Counted from the stretch's first letter, positions 36,607 through 46,978 are shown. The stretch is 64,000 nucleotides of DNA from an uncultured Selenomonadales bacterium (GCA_900314855.1 OMWZ01000006.1:8870-72869); one strand, 5' to 3'. Program-made: numbers and translations. Notes: generated from the sequence alone by a model not told the origin.

Positions 36607-37404
36607 ATGAAACATGTTTGGCAAAAAGCGATCCTGTTGGCCCTGACGGTCCTGTGCTTTGCTGTCCCGGCCTGGGCGGCAGGCCTGACGGTCAAATCCA
36701 GCAGCGTGAAGGAAGATGTAGTGAATGTGGCTGTCCCGTACATTGCCGGCAGCCGCGGCGGGGAAAAGACGGACTTGGCCGTGAACCGGGAGCTCTTCGC
36801 CACGGTGGACCGTCAGCTGGAAGCGCTGCTGAAACCGGAAGACCTGGCGGCCTTCCGGGCGTCCCATACCCAGGGAGACAGCTTGTCCTCGCTGCTGGCC
36901 TACCAGAAAGCCCTGGTCCAGTTCACGAGCGAACAGGTTGCCCGGGCGAACAGCGAAGTCAAGACGGCCGCATCGTGGTATGTGCGCAGTGAATATGAAA
37001 TCAAGTCCGCGTCGCCGCGGTATCTGTCGTATATCCAAAAAACGACGACGTATCTGGGCGGGGCTCACGACAATGTGGTCTGGACGGCGGGCAACTACGA
37101 CCTGGCTACGGGAAAAGCCGTGACCCTGGCGGAACTGTTCGTGCCGGACGGGAATTACCAAAACCGCCTGTCTACCCTCATCAGCTGGCAGCAGGCCGGC
37201 CTGACGCGCCTCAAGGCCTATCGGACGGGCCGGACCCCGGCCCCGGTCCGGGCAGTTTCGGTGACGGGGACGGAACAATTTTTCGTGGATAAGGAACGCA
37301 ATCTGGGGATTTTCTACAACCCCGGCGAAATTGCGCCCATGTCGGAAGGGGTCGTCCTCTACAACTTGTCGTTGAATGACTTTGCGGATCTGATCCGCCT
37401 GTAA
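36607..37404 (+). CDS. Secreted RsiV/DUF3298-DUF4163-like protein
   Basis: Signal peptide, YLGGAH, NYDLATGK.VTLAELF and YNPGEIAP..EG. Confidence 0.75.
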   Translation: MKHVWQKAILLALTVLCFAVPAWAAGLTVKSSSVKEDVVNVAVPYIAGSRGGEKTDLAVNRELFATVDRQLEALLKPEDLAAFRASHTQGDSLSSLLAYQKALVQFTSEQVARANSEVKTAASWYVRSEYEIKSASPRYLSYIQKTTTYLGGAHDNVVWTAGNYDLATGKAVTLAELFVPDGNYQNRLSTLISWQQAGLTRLKAYRTGRTPAPVRAVSVTGTEQFFVDKERNLGIFYNPGEIAPMSEGVVLYNLSLNDFADLIRL

Positions 37405-37517
37405 GGGCTCCCGCAGCGGCCGCCGTGTCTTACGGCAGTGCCGCTGTTTTTTTCTGTAGCATGTGTAACAAAAGAAAGGGCGCCGGTGCGGCGGTGGTTC
37501 TTTTTTGCCGGGGCTGT

Positions 37518-37546
37518 TTGAATTGCGGAATTGGAATTGCTATACT
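37518..37546 (+). promoter_or_regulatory. sigma-A promoter of met operon
   Basis: TTGAAT-N17-TATACT with extended TG. Confidence 0.65.
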
Positions 37547-37629
37547 AGGACATAATATTTTCAAAAGCAGCCGCCGGGAGAAGACCCGGGACCTGCGGCA
37601 GCAGGGCTGGAGAGGAAAGAAGGGACAGC

Positions 37630-38508
37630 ATGAAGATTATCGATCAATTGCGGGGCGACACCATGGGGTTGTCGTGCGAACTGTTTCCGCCGAAGGAAGG
37701 CGGGCAGCTGGCCAATGCCCTCGACATTGTCCATCAGATCGCGAAGCGGGAGGTGGATTTCATCAGTGTCACGTATGGTGCCGGTGGCTCCGCCGTGGGC
37801 AAATCCGTCGCGATTGCGGCCGAAGTGGAACAGAGCGGTGTTCCTGCCATGGCCCACTTGACTTGCGTCAATGCGACGGAAGCTTCCCTGGAAAAGACCC
37901 TGGACGAATTGCAGGCCCGGGGGGTCCGCAACATCCTGGCCCTCCGCGGGGACCTGCCGGCCGGCATGGTGCTGGAACATACGGAATATCGCCATGCCAG
38001 CGACTTGGTCAAAAAAATCAAGTCCTACGGCGATTTCTGCGTCGGCGGTGCCTGCTACCCCGAAGGGCATCCCGAATCGGCGGGACTGGACGACGATATC
38101 GAGAAATTGAAATACAAGGTGGACAATGGAGTGGATTTCCTGGTGACGCAGATGTTTTTCGACAATGCCATCTTGTACAACTACATGTACCGTCTTCTGG
38201 CCCACGGCATCAACGTGCCCGTCGTGCCGGGCATCATGCCGGTAACCAACGCCCGGCAGATTACGCGCATCTGCCAGTTGAGCGGGACGAAGCTTCCCCT
38301 CCATTTCCGCGCCATTGTGGAACGCTTCGCCGACGATCCCGAGGCGATGAAGCAGGCCGGGATCAACTATGCGACGACACAGGCCCTGGATCTGCTGGCC
38401 AACGGATTTAAGGATGTCCATATCTATACCATGAACAAGCCCGAGGTCATCGGCGGCATGCTGGACAATCTGTCCCACATCGTGCGCCGCGGCAAGGTGA
38501 CGTCATGA
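37630..38508 (+). CDS. metF: 5,10-methylenetetrahydrofolate reductase
   Basis: SCELFPPK, SVTYGAGG, HLTCV, ILALRGD, YPEGH and TQMFFD. Confidence 0.95.
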   Translation: MKIIDQLRGDTMGLSCELFPPKEGGQLANALDIVHQIAKREVDFISVTYGAGGSAVGKSVAIAAEVEQSGVPAMAHLTCVNATEASLEKTLDELQARGVRNILALRGDLPAGMVLEHTEYRHASDLVKKIKSYGDFCVGGACYPEGHPESAGLDDDIEKLKYKVDNGVDFLVTQMFFDNAILYNYMYRLLAHGINVPVVPGIMPVTNARQITRICQLSGTKLPLHFRAIVERFADDPEAMKQAGINYATTQALDLLANGFKDVHIYTMNKPEVIGGMLDNLSHIVRRGKVTS

Positions 38509-39260
38509 GCCCCGTCATTCCCTTCGATGCCGGGGAGGCCCTGCGGTATTTTGGCGCCGGGCCGGGCGATGAAACGGCGCGGGTCCTGGTGGAGAAGGCG
38601 TACCGGGAACTGGCGGCCGTCATGCAGCCTCGGTATACGGCCCGCTGGTTCCGTTGTCACACGGAAAGCCGGGAGGGGAATCCGGCCCGGCCGGACCGGG
38701 TCGTCCTGGAAGGAGGAACGGTGTTCCATAGCAAGGCCCTGGCCCGCTATGTCGGCGACAGCACGGAGCTCTTTTTGTTCGGCGCTACCCTAGGCAGCCG
38801 CGTGGACAGCGCCCTGCGGCGTTTTGCCGTCCGCAGTGTGGCCGAGGCGGCCGCCGGACAGGCAGTGGCTGCCGCGTTGATTGAAACGTACTGCGACGGC
38901 GCGTGCCGCGAGATCCAGAAGCGCCTGCCGGCGGGGAAAAAGCTCAAATGGCGCTTTTCCCCGGGTTACGGAGACTGGGACCTGGCGGAACAGCGGCCGT
39001 TGTTCCGCGCCCTGGCTAGTGCCGCATCGATCGGGCTGACGTTGACGGACAGCTGCATGATGGCGCCGATCAAGTCCGTCACGGCCGTCATCGCCGTGGC
39101 CGGCGCGGCGGAGCCCCTGGTGGATCCGGAAGTGCTGGAAGCGCAAATCGCCGCGAAAGAAGCGGATACGTCCGGCGGCAGGACCGCCGCGGCCAGGGAA
39201 ACAGCAGGGAGCAAGTGCCGCCGCTGCGGCAAGACAGATTGTGCATTCAGGAGGTTATAA
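38505..39260 (+). CDS. Stand-alone B12-dependent methionine synthase activation subunit
   Basis: FGATLG, RFSPGYGDW and IGLTLTDSCMMAPIKSVTA. Lies between metF and metH. Confidence 0.85.
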   Translation: MSPVIPFDAGEALRYFGAGPGDETARVLVEKAYRELAAVMQPRYTARWFRCHTESREGNPARPDRVVLEGGTVFHSKALARYVGDSTELFLFGATLGSRVDSALRRFAVRSVAEAAAGQAVAAALIETYCDGACREIQKRLPAGKKLKWRFSPGYGDWDLAEQRPLFRALASAASIGLTLTDSCMMAPIKSVTAVIAVAGAAEPLVDPEVLEAQIAAKEADTSGGRTAAARETAGSKCRRCGKTDCAFRRL

Positions 39261-39265
39261 GATCC

Positions 39266-41659
39266 ATGTCTATCCGTGATTTATTAGGAAAAGAATTGCT
39301 GTATTTTGACGGCGCCATGGGTACGCAGCTGCAGGCCGCGGGCCTGCGGCCGGGGGAGAACACGGATCTCTGGAATATGACCCACGGCGATGTCGTGACG
39401 GCGGTCCACCGGGCTTATATTGCGGCCGGCGCCAATATCCTCAAGACGAACACCTTCGGCGCCAACGCGCTGAAACTGGCCGGCACGGGCTATTCGGTCG
39501 AGGAGGTTGTGGCAGCGGCGTTCTCCCATGCCCGCCGCGCCTGGGAAGAAAGTCCCGTCGCTCCGGCAGACCGGCGCTTCGTCGCTTTGGACCTGGGGCC
39601 GACGGGCAAGTTGATCGAGCCCTTTGGCGATTTGCCCTTCGAGGACGCCGTGGCGCTGTTCGCGGAACAGGTACGGGCTGGCGTCCGGGCGGGGGCCGAC
39701 TTGATCCTGATCGAGACGCAGAGCGATTCCTACGAGACCAAGGCGGCCCTCCTGGCGGCCCGGGAGAACAGCGACCTGCCGGTTTTCGTCACCTTTACCT
39801 TCGACGAAGACGGCAAGCTGCTGAACGGCGCCGACGTGGAAACGGCAGTCCTTCTGGCGGACGCCCTGGGCGCCTCGGCCGTAGGCTTCAACTGCGGGTT
39901 TGGCCCGGACGTGGTGCGACAGCTCCTGCCCCGCGCCCGTGCCGCGACGGACCTGCCCCTCATTGCCAACCCCAACGCCGGCCTGCCGGTCACGGAAGGC
40001 GGCGTGACGACCTGGGGCATTTCCCCTGCGGAATTTGCCGCGGAAATGGCCGATATCTGCCGGGAAGGGGCGGCCGTCCTGGGCGGCTGCTGCGGCACGA
40101 ATCCTGCCTATATCGCCGCCTTGACGGCGGCGACGCGGGATTTGCCGGCCCCGCCGGCGGGCCGCCATTACCGCACGGCTGTCACGGGGTACGGTAGCCC
40201 GGTCTTTTTCGGCGACACGCCGGTCCTCATCGGCGAACGGATCAATCCGACGGGCAAACCTCTGCTGAAGGAAGCGCTGCGTCAGGGCGACATGGATTAT
40301 GTGTGCCGGCTCGGGCTGGAACAGCTGGACAAGGGGGCCCATATCCTCGACGTCAATGTCGGCTTGCCCGGGCTGGACGAAGTGGCTTCCATGCGGCAGG
40401 CCTTGCTGGCCCTGCAGGGCATCACACCGGTCCCGCTGGAACTGGATACGGCTACGCCGGCCGTCCTGGAGGCAGGCCTGCGCTGTTACAACGGACGTCC
40501 GTTGCTGAACTCCGTCAACGGGAAAGAAGAATCCCTGTCCACCGTTCTGCCCTTGGCCAAGAAATACGGTGCCGTCGTCGTCGGGCTCTGCCTGGACGAA
40601 GCGGGCATCGCGGAGACGGCGGCGGGCCGCCTGGCCGTGGCGGAGAAAATCCTGGCCCGGGCCCGTTCCTACGGCCTGCGGGAAGAAGACATCCTCATCG
40701 ATCCCCTAGCCCTGACGGTCAGCACGTCCGGGGAGAATCCCTCCATCGACCAGGAAGTGATCCGCGCCCTGAAGGCACGGGGCATCCATACGGTGATGGG
40801 CGTATCCAACGTGTCTTTCGGCCTGCCGAACCGCGACGCCATCAACAGCACCTTCCTGGCCCTGTCCCTGGAGGCGGGCCTGGCGGCGGCAATCCTGAAT
40901 CCCCAAAGCGCGCGCATGCGGGAGACCTACCTGGCCTTCCTGGCCCTGAAGGGGAAGGATGCGGGCTGCCAGGCCTATGTGGCGGAATTTGCCGGGACCC
41001 CGAAGACCCCGGTGGCGGCGGCCGTGACCGAGTACGGCCTGAAGGACGCCGTGATCAAAGGCCTGACGGATCACAGCCGCCTGGCGGCGCGGAAACTGCT
41101 GGAGGAGCGGAAAGAACCGCTGGAAATCATCAACGGAGAAATCATCCCCGCCCTGAACGTGATCGGCGATGGCTTTGGCCGCAAGACCCTCTTCCTGCCG
41201 CAGCTCCTGCGGAGCGCCGACGCGGCGAAAGGGGCCTTCGAAGTCCTGAAGGAATTCATGCAGCGCGCCGGTACGGCTCGGAAAGACGGCGACCCCATCG
41301 TGCTCGCCACGGTCCGCGGCGACATCCACGACATCGGCAAGAATATCGTCAAAGTCCTTTGGGAAAACTACGGCTACCGGGTCCTTGACCTGGGCCGTGA
41401 CGTGGCGCCGGAAAAAATCCTGGCCGCCGTACAGGAAAGCGGGGCGAAACTCGTCGGCATGACGGCTCTTATGACGACGACCGTGCCGGCTATGGAGGAG
41501 ACCATCGCGCTCCTCCGGCAGCAGCAGGTGCCCGTCCGGATTCTGGTCGGCGGGGCTGTCATGACCGCGGAATACGCGGCCCGTATCGGCGCCGACGGTT
41601 ACGCCGGCGATGCCGTGGCTGCCGTGGATTTTGCCAACGCTCTGTTCGGCAGGGCGTGA
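39266..41659 (+). CDS. metH: B12-dependent methionine synthase (homocysteine, folate and cobalamin domains; split type)
   Basis: FDGAMGT, GFNCG, GGCCGT, IGERINPTG and the cobalamin motif GDIHDIGKNIV. Confidence 0.93.
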   Translation: MSIRDLLGKELLYFDGAMGTQLQAAGLRPGENTDLWNMTHGDVVTAVHRAYIAAGANILKTNTFGANALKLAGTGYSVEEVVAAAFSHARRAWEESPVAPADRRFVALDLGPTGKLIEPFGDLPFEDAVALFAEQVRAGVRAGADLILIETQSDSYETKAALLAARENSDLPVFVTFTFDEDGKLLNGADVETAVLLADALGASAVGFNCGFGPDVVRQLLPRARAATDLPLIANPNAGLPVTEGGVTTWGISPAEFAAEMADICREGAAVLGGCCGTNPAYIAALTAATRDLPAPPAGRHYRTAVTGYGSPVFFGDTPVLIGERINPTGKPLLKEALRQGDMDYVCRLGLEQLDKGAHILDVNVGLPGLDEVASMRQALLALQGITPVPLELDTATPAVLEAGLRCYNGRPLLNSVNGKEESLSTVLPLAKKYGAVVVGLCLDEAGIAETAAGRLAVAEKILARARSYGLREEDILIDPLALTVSTSGENPSIDQEVIRALKARGIHTVMGVSNVSFGLPNRDAINSTFLALSLEAGLAAAILNPQSARMRETYLAFLALKGKDAGCQAYVAEFAGTPKTPVAAAVTEYGLKDAVIKGLTDHSRLAARKLLEERKEPLEIINGEIIPALNVIGDGFGRKTLFLPQLLRSADAAKGAFEVLKEFMQRAGTARKDGDPIVLATVRGDIHDIGKNIVKVLWENYGYRVLDLGRDVAPEKILAAVQESGAKLVGMTALMTTTVPAMEETIALLRQQQVPVRILVGGAVMTAEYAARIGADGYAGDAVAAVDFANALFGRA

Positions 41660-41758
41660 CGCGCCGGCGCGAGGAAGCCACGCGGCCCTCTGCCGCCGGA
41701 AGGGCGGAAGGTGGACAAAAAAGAAAATAGTCAGAAAATACCCTTTGTACAGACAGCG

Positions 41759-41805
41759 AAACGACAGCTGTCCCAGGATTCCATCCTACGGACAGCTGTC
41801 GTTTT
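41759..41805 (+). terminator. Hairpin/terminator after met operon
   Basis: 15-bp stem AAACGACAGCTGTCC/GGACAGCTGTCGTTT. Confidence 0.7.
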
Positions 41806-42053
41806 GTAATGTATATTACAAAATTTCCTTGCACATTGTATACAAAAAGAAGAGCTTTCACAAATAGTTTTAAAAATGCTAAAAAATAGTCTACTGGCAG
41901 TGTACTTTATGTATCCGTGTTTTGAGAGATATAACTCTGTCAGAGGACAAATAAACGAAATGTCCGACACCAAAATACGTACCCGAAAGGTTTTGTAACA
42001 AATAGTGAAAAATACATCTTTTTGTGACAGAGGATGTGTTCCAATTCGGGCAA

Positions 42054-42082
42054 TTGCCAGCGTTTTTCTGGAATGCTATAAT
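42054..42082 (+). promoter_or_regulatory. sigma-A promoter of liv operon
   Basis: TTGCCA-N17-TATAAT with extended TG. Confidence 0.75.
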
Positions 42083-42138
42083 CACAGTATCTCAAGCGAG
42101 ATTTCAAACACGGTAGAGTGTAAGGAGGGGTATTTTCT

Positions 42139-43314
42139 ATGAAAAAGTTTGTATCTGCGATGTTGGCGATGACCGTATCGGCGGCTCTCATAGCCGGCTG
42201 CGGCGGCGGTGACAAGAAGGCCGATAAAGGCGCGTCCGGCAACGTTGTCAAGGTCGGCGTGTTCCTGCCCCTGACGGGCGACAATGCGGCTGGCGGCGAA
42301 CTGGAACTGCGCGGCATCAAGCTGGCCAACAAGCTCCATCCGGAAGTCAACGGCAAAAAGATTGAACTCGTCGTGGCGGACAACAAGTCCGACAAGGCTG
42401 AAGCGGCCAACGTGGCGGCCCGCCTAATCGAAAAAGACAAGGTCAAGGTCATCTTGGGTTCCTACGGTTCGTCCCTGTCCATGGCGGCCGGCAACATCGT
42501 GAAGGATTCCAAGGTCCCGGCCATCGGCACGAGCTGCACGAATCCGCAGGTCACGAAGGGCAATGACTATTACTTCCGCGCCTGCTTCATCGACCCCTTC
42601 CAGGGGACGGTCATGGCGAACTATGCCTATAAGAAAGGCGCCCGCAAGGCGGCGATCGTCCAGGAAGTCTCCAACGACTATTCCGTGGGCCTGGCGAAGT
42701 TCTTCAAGGAAGCCTTTGAAAAACTGGCCGGCGCCGGCAGCGTTGTCGAAGTGGCCAACTACCAGACTGGCGACAAGGACTTCACGGCCCAGCTGACCAA
42801 CCTGAAAGCGAAGAACCCCGATGCGATCTTCGCACCGGGCAACTTCACGGAATCGGCCCTGTTGATCAAACAGGCCCGCCAGCTCGGAATCAAGGCCCCG
42901 TTCCTGGGCGGCGATACGTGGGAAACGCAGGAATTCATCAACGTCGGCGGGAAAGAAGTGGAAGGAATCTGCTTCTCCAGCGCCTTTGACCGCGAGAAGG
43001 CCGCGACGCCCGAAGCCAAGAAATTCATGGAAGCCTACACGAAAGAATACGGCGGCCAGCAGCCCGGCGGGTTGTCTGCCATGGCCTACGACGCCTACCT
43101 GATTGCCTTGAATGCGCTGAAACAGGCCGGCACGGACGACAGCATCAAGATTCGCGACGCCATTGCCAAGACGAAGGACCTGGAAACCACGACGGGCATG
43201 ACGACCTTGAACGCCGATGGCGACCCGATCAAGAGCGCCGTCATCAAGACCGTCAAGAACGGCAAGTTCACTTACCTCGATATGGTCTCGCCGGAAGATT
43301 TGAAAGCCAAATAA
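42139..43314 (+). CDS. livJ: Branched-chain amino acid ABC substrate-binding lipoprotein
   Basis: Lipobox IAGC, PLTG.NAAGG, YYFRACFIDPFQG and DKDFTAQL. Confidence 0.88.
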   Translation: MKKFVSAMLAMTVSAALIAGCGGGDKKADKGASGNVVKVGVFLPLTGDNAAGGELELRGIKLANKLHPEVNGKKIELVVADNKSDKAEAANVAARLIEKDKVKVILGSYGSSLSMAAGNIVKDSKVPAIGTSCTNPQVTKGNDYYFRACFIDPFQGTVMANYAYKKGARKAAIVQEVSNDYSVGLAKFFKEAFEKLAGAGSVVEVANYQTGDKDFTAQLTNLKAKNPDAIFAPGNFTESALLIKQARQLGIKAPFLGGDTWETQEFINVGGKEVEGICFSSAFDREKAATPEAKKFMEAYTKEYGGQQPGGLSAMAYDAYLIALNALKQAGTDDSIKIRDAIAKTKDLETTTGMTTLNADGDPIKSAVIKTVKNGKFTYLDMVSPEDLKAK

Positions 43315-43419
43315 CAGTGTATGTCCGCGGCTCCCGGCCCCTGCCGCCTGATTTTGTGACACCCTGCTTCCCTCCTGCCGGGGGAGGGAAGCAATTCTAT
43401 TCCTGTTGAGGTGCTCTCC

Positions 43420-44340
43420 ATGGAGTTGTTTCAAGCGTTAACCCATATGACTGCGGCCGGTTTTGCCCAGCATCTGGTCAATGGTATCTCCCTGGGCAGC
43501 CTGTATGCTTTGATCGCCATTGGGTATACCATGGTGTACGGCATCCTGCTGATGATCAACTTCGCCCACGGCGATATCGTGATGATGGCGTGCTATTTTG
43601 CCTTTTTCGGCATTACGGCGTTCCACATCCCCTGGTACCTGACCTTTATCGGGACCATTGCGGCGACGGCCTTATTGGGCGTCGTCATCGAACGGACGGC
43701 CTACCGTCCCCTGCGGGACGCGCCGAAGAACTCCGTCCTGATTTCCGCCATCGGTGCCTCTTTCCTGTTGGAAAATCTGGCCAACTATATTTTCAGCGGC
43801 CGTCCCATGCATTTTCCGGATATTCCGTTCCTGTCCAGCATGGTCCGTATCGGCGGGGTCCAGATCCAGGCCATCTGCTTCTTCATTCCGGTGGTGACGG
43901 TCCTGTGCCTGGCAATCCTGCTCCATATCGTCAACCATACGAAGACGGGCATGGCTATGCGCGCCGTGTCGAAAGACTACGAAATTGCCCGTGTCATGGG
44001 CATCAACATCGATAATGTCATTTCCATTACCTTTGCCATCGGTTCGGCCCTGGCGGCGGTCGGCGCCATCATGTGGGGCATCCGCTACCCCGGGATTACG
44101 CCGTATTTGGGCGTCATGCCCGGCCTCAAGTGCTTTATCGCGGCCGTCATCGGCGGCATCGGCAACATCAAGGGCGCGGTCCTGGGCGGCTTTATCCTGG
44201 GCCTCGGCGAAATCCTCATCGTGGCCTTTTTCCCGACGTTGTCGGGGTATCGCGATGCCTTTGCCTTTATTATGCTGATTTTGATCCTCTTCTATAAGCC
44301 GACAGGCATTTTAGGGGAGACTACGACGGAGAAAGTGTGA
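43420..44340 (+). CDS. livH: Branched-chain amino acid ABC permease
   Basis: NGISLGSLYALIAIGYTMVYG..INFAHG. Confidence 0.92.
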   Translation: MELFQALTHMTAAGFAQHLVNGISLGSLYALIAIGYTMVYGILLMINFAHGDIVMMACYFAFFGITAFHIPWYLTFIGTIAATALLGVVIERTAYRPLRDAPKNSVLISAIGASFLLENLANYIFSGRPMHFPDIPFLSSMVRIGGVQIQAICFFIPVVTVLCLAILLHIVNHTKTGMAMRAVSKDYEIARVMGINIDNVISITFAIGSALAAVGAIMWGIRYPGITPYLGVMPGLKCFIAAVIGGIGNIKGAVLGGFILGLGEILIVAFFPTLSGYRDAFAFIMLILILFYKPTGILGETTTEKV

Positions 44341-44345
44341 GAAAT

Positions 44346-45416
44346 ATGACTACAGGAAAACGCAATTTCTTACTGACCGTTGTGGCAATCCTCGTGCTCT
44401 TCGGTCTGTCTTTCGTGGTACAGGACGGCGTCGATACGTACATCCGCCGCATTATCAACCTGTGCCTGATTTACGCCATCATCGGCTTGTCCATGAACAT
44501 CACGAACGGCTTTGCAGGCCAGTTTTCCCTGGGGCAGGCCGGCTTCATGGCCATCGGCGCCTACATGGTCGGGATCTTCACGGTCCCTGTCAACCTGCGG
44601 GCCGATGTCTTTTATGCCGTTCCCATGAACCCGTATCTGGTCAACATCTATATGCCCCTGTGGCTCGCGCTCATCCTGGGCGGACTGCTGGCGGCACTGG
44701 TGGCAGGCCTCATCGGGACGCCGGTCCTGCGGCTGCGCGGCGACTATCTGGCCATCGCGACACTGGGCTTTTCGGAAATCATCCGCATCATCATTACGAA
44801 CGCCAATACCATCACGAACGGCGCGCTGGGAATCAAGAATATTCCTTCCCTCAATGACGTGCGCTACATCTTTTTGGCCACGGCCGTGGCCTATGTCCTG
44901 ATTTCCCTGCTCCTGAGCTCGTCTTACGGGCGCGCCTTCAAGGCCATCCGGGAAGATGAAATCGCGGCGGAGGCTATGGGCATCGACCTGTTCCACCATA
45001 AAAACATGGCTTTCATGGTTAGCGCCTTTTTCGCCGGCATCGGCGGCGGCCTTTACGGGGCCCTGCTGGGGACGGTGGATCCGAAAAACTTCCTCTTCAC
45101 GCTGACGTACAATTTCCTGCTCATTATCGTCCTCGGCGGCATGGGTTCCATCACGGGCAGCATGCTCGGCGCCGTCATTGTCACGGCGGGCCTGGAATAT
45201 CTGCGGGTGTTCGACGAACCCCTGGAAATCATGGGTGTCGCCATTCCTTTGTTCCGGCCGGGCCTGCGCATGGTCGTCTTCTCCCTGCTCCTGATGGCTT
45301 GCGTCCTGTTCTGGCGCCACGGCATCATGGGCACGCGGGAGTTCACGTGGGATAAACTCGCGGCGTTCCTGAAGCATCCTTTCGGAATCCGCAAGAAGGG
45401 GGTGCAGCGTAAATGA
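44346..45416 (+). CDS. livM: Branched-chain amino acid ABC permease
   Basis: GQFSLGQAGF, LRLRGDYLAIATLGF and AIREDEIAA. Confidence 0.92.
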   Translation: MTTGKRNFLLTVVAILVLFGLSFVVQDGVDTYIRRIINLCLIYAIIGLSMNITNGFAGQFSLGQAGFMAIGAYMVGIFTVPVNLRADVFYAVPMNPYLVNIYMPLWLALILGGLLAALVAGLIGTPVLRLRGDYLAIATLGFSEIIRIIITNANTITNGALGIKNIPSLNDVRYIFLATAVAYVLISLLLSSSYGRAFKAIREDEIAAEAMGIDLFHHKNMAFMVSAFFAGIGGGLYGALLGTVDPKNFLFTLTYNFLLIIVLGGMGSITGSMLGAVIVTAGLEYLRVFDEPLEIMGVAIPLFRPGLRMVVFSLLLMACVLFWRHGIMGTREFTWDKLAAFLKHPFGIRKKGVQRK

Positions 45417-46204
45417 CCGCGACCGTACTTCGCACGGACCACGTGCTGCAGCAATTCGGCGGCGTCATTGCCGTCAACGATTTGAATATTGAAGTCCGGG
45501 AACACGAGATCATTGCCTTGATCGGCCCCAACGGGGCAGGCAAGACAACGGCTTTCAACGACATTACGGGCGTTTACAAACCGACCCAGGGGCGTGTCCT
45601 GTATACGGACAAGCAGGGCCGCGAAGTGGACATTACGGGCCGAAAACCTAGCGACATCGCGAAACTCGGCGTGGCCCGCACGTTCCAGAATATCCGCCTT
45701 TTCAAGGATCTGAGCGTTTACGAAAACGTCCTGATCGCGACGCATCTGCACCTGCGCAGCAATTTTCTGGCGGCCATGTTCCGCCTGCCCTGGTACCGCA
45801 AGGAAGAAAACCGGATGCACGCCACGGCAGAGAGACTCCTGAAGGAGGTCGGCCTGTGGGAGGTGCGCGGCGAAAAGGCGTCGTCCCTGCCTTACGGCCG
45901 GCAGCGGTATCTGGAAATCATCCGGGCCCTGGCGACGGATCCGAAGCTCCTCCTCCTGGATGAGCCTGCCGCCGGCATGAACCCGAAGGAAACGGCGGAG
46001 CTGACGGACTTTATCCGCCGCATCCGCGACACCCACCATTTGACGATTCTCATGATCGAGCACCATATGGACCTGGTCATGGAAATTTCCGACCGTATTT
46101 ATGTGCTGGATTTTGGCAATACCATTGCCAAGGGGGACCCTGCCACCATCCAGAACGACGAACGCGTCATCGCGGCTTACTTAGGGGAGGATGAAGATGC
46201 TTAA
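45413..46204 (+). CDS. livG: Branched-chain amino acid ABC ATPase
   Basis: GPNGAGKTT, ARTFQNIRLF, LPYG and LDEPAAGMN. Confidence 0.93.
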   Translation: MTATVLRTDHVLQQFGGVIAVNDLNIEVREHEIIALIGPNGAGKTTAFNDITGVYKPTQGRVLYTDKQGREVDITGRKPSDIAKLGVARTFQNIRLFKDLSVYENVLIATHLHLRSNFLAAMFRLPWYRKEENRMHATAERLLKEVGLWEVRGEKASSLPYGRQRYLEIIRALATDPKLLLLDEPAAGMNPKETAELTDFIRRIRDTHHLTILMIEHHMDLVMEISDRIYVLDFGNTIAKGDPATIQNDERVIAAYLGEDEDA

Positions 46205-46910
46205 GATACGAGATCTCGTCGTCGCTTACGGCGGCATCGAAGCCCTGAAAGGCATTTCCATCGATGTCCCCGATGGGGACATCGTGACGCTCATCGGCGC
46301 CAACGGGGCGGGCAAAAGCACTCTCCTGCGTACCATCATGGGCCTGGAAAAGGCGAAAAGCGGATCAATCACGTACCAGGAAGAGGACCTGGGGCCCCTG
46401 AATTCCCAGCACATTGTGGAACGGGGCATTACCCTTGTTCCCGAAGGACGCCGCATTTTCCCAAATCTGACTGTCCTGGAAAACCTCAAGATCGGTGCCT
46501 ATCTGCGCAAGGACAAAAACGCCATTGCGGACGATATCCGGCGCATCTACGGGCTCTTTCCGCGTCTGGAAGAACGGCACTGGCAAATGGCCGGTACCCT
46601 GTCCGGCGGCGAGCAGCAGATGCTGGCTGTGGGCCGTGCTATGATGTGCCGTCCCAAACTGATTATGATGGACGAACCGTCCCTGGGACTGGCGCCGCTG
46701 GTCATCCGGGAAATCTTCAACATCATCCGGCGAATCAACGAAACGGGCACGACGGTTCTCCTGGTCGAACAGAACGCCAATATGGCCCTCAAGGTGGCTC
46801 ACAAGGCGTACGTCCTCGAAACAGGCCGGATCCGTATGGAAGGCACAGGCCAGGAACTGTTGGAAAACGAGGAAATCAAAGAAGCCTATTTAGGCAAAAA
46901 GAAAAACTGA
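46197..46910 (+). CDS. livF: Branched-chain amino acid ABC ATPase
   Basis: GANGAGKST, VPEGRRIF, LSGGEQQMLA and DEPSLGLAP. Confidence 0.93.
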   Translation: MLKIRDLVVAYGGIEALKGISIDVPDGDIVTLIGANGAGKSTLLRTIMGLEKAKSGSITYQEEDLGPLNSQHIVERGITLVPEGRRIFPNLTVLENLKIGAYLRKDKNAIADDIRRIYGLFPRLEERHWQMAGTLSGGEQQMLAVGRAMMCRPKLIMMDEPSLGLAPLVIREIFNIIRRINETGTTVLLVEQNANMALKVAHKAYVLETGRIRMEGTGQELLENEEIKEAYLGKKKN

Positions 46911-46947
46911 ACCGCTACCCCTCCGGCACATTGCCGGATCCTTCCTT

Positions 46948-46978
46948 AGTTCCGGTGCTTCGGCACCGGAACTTTTTT
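46948..46978 (+). terminator. Intrinsic terminator after liv operon
   Basis: AGTTCCGGTGC-TTCG-GCACCGGAACT-TTTTT. Confidence 0.88.
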
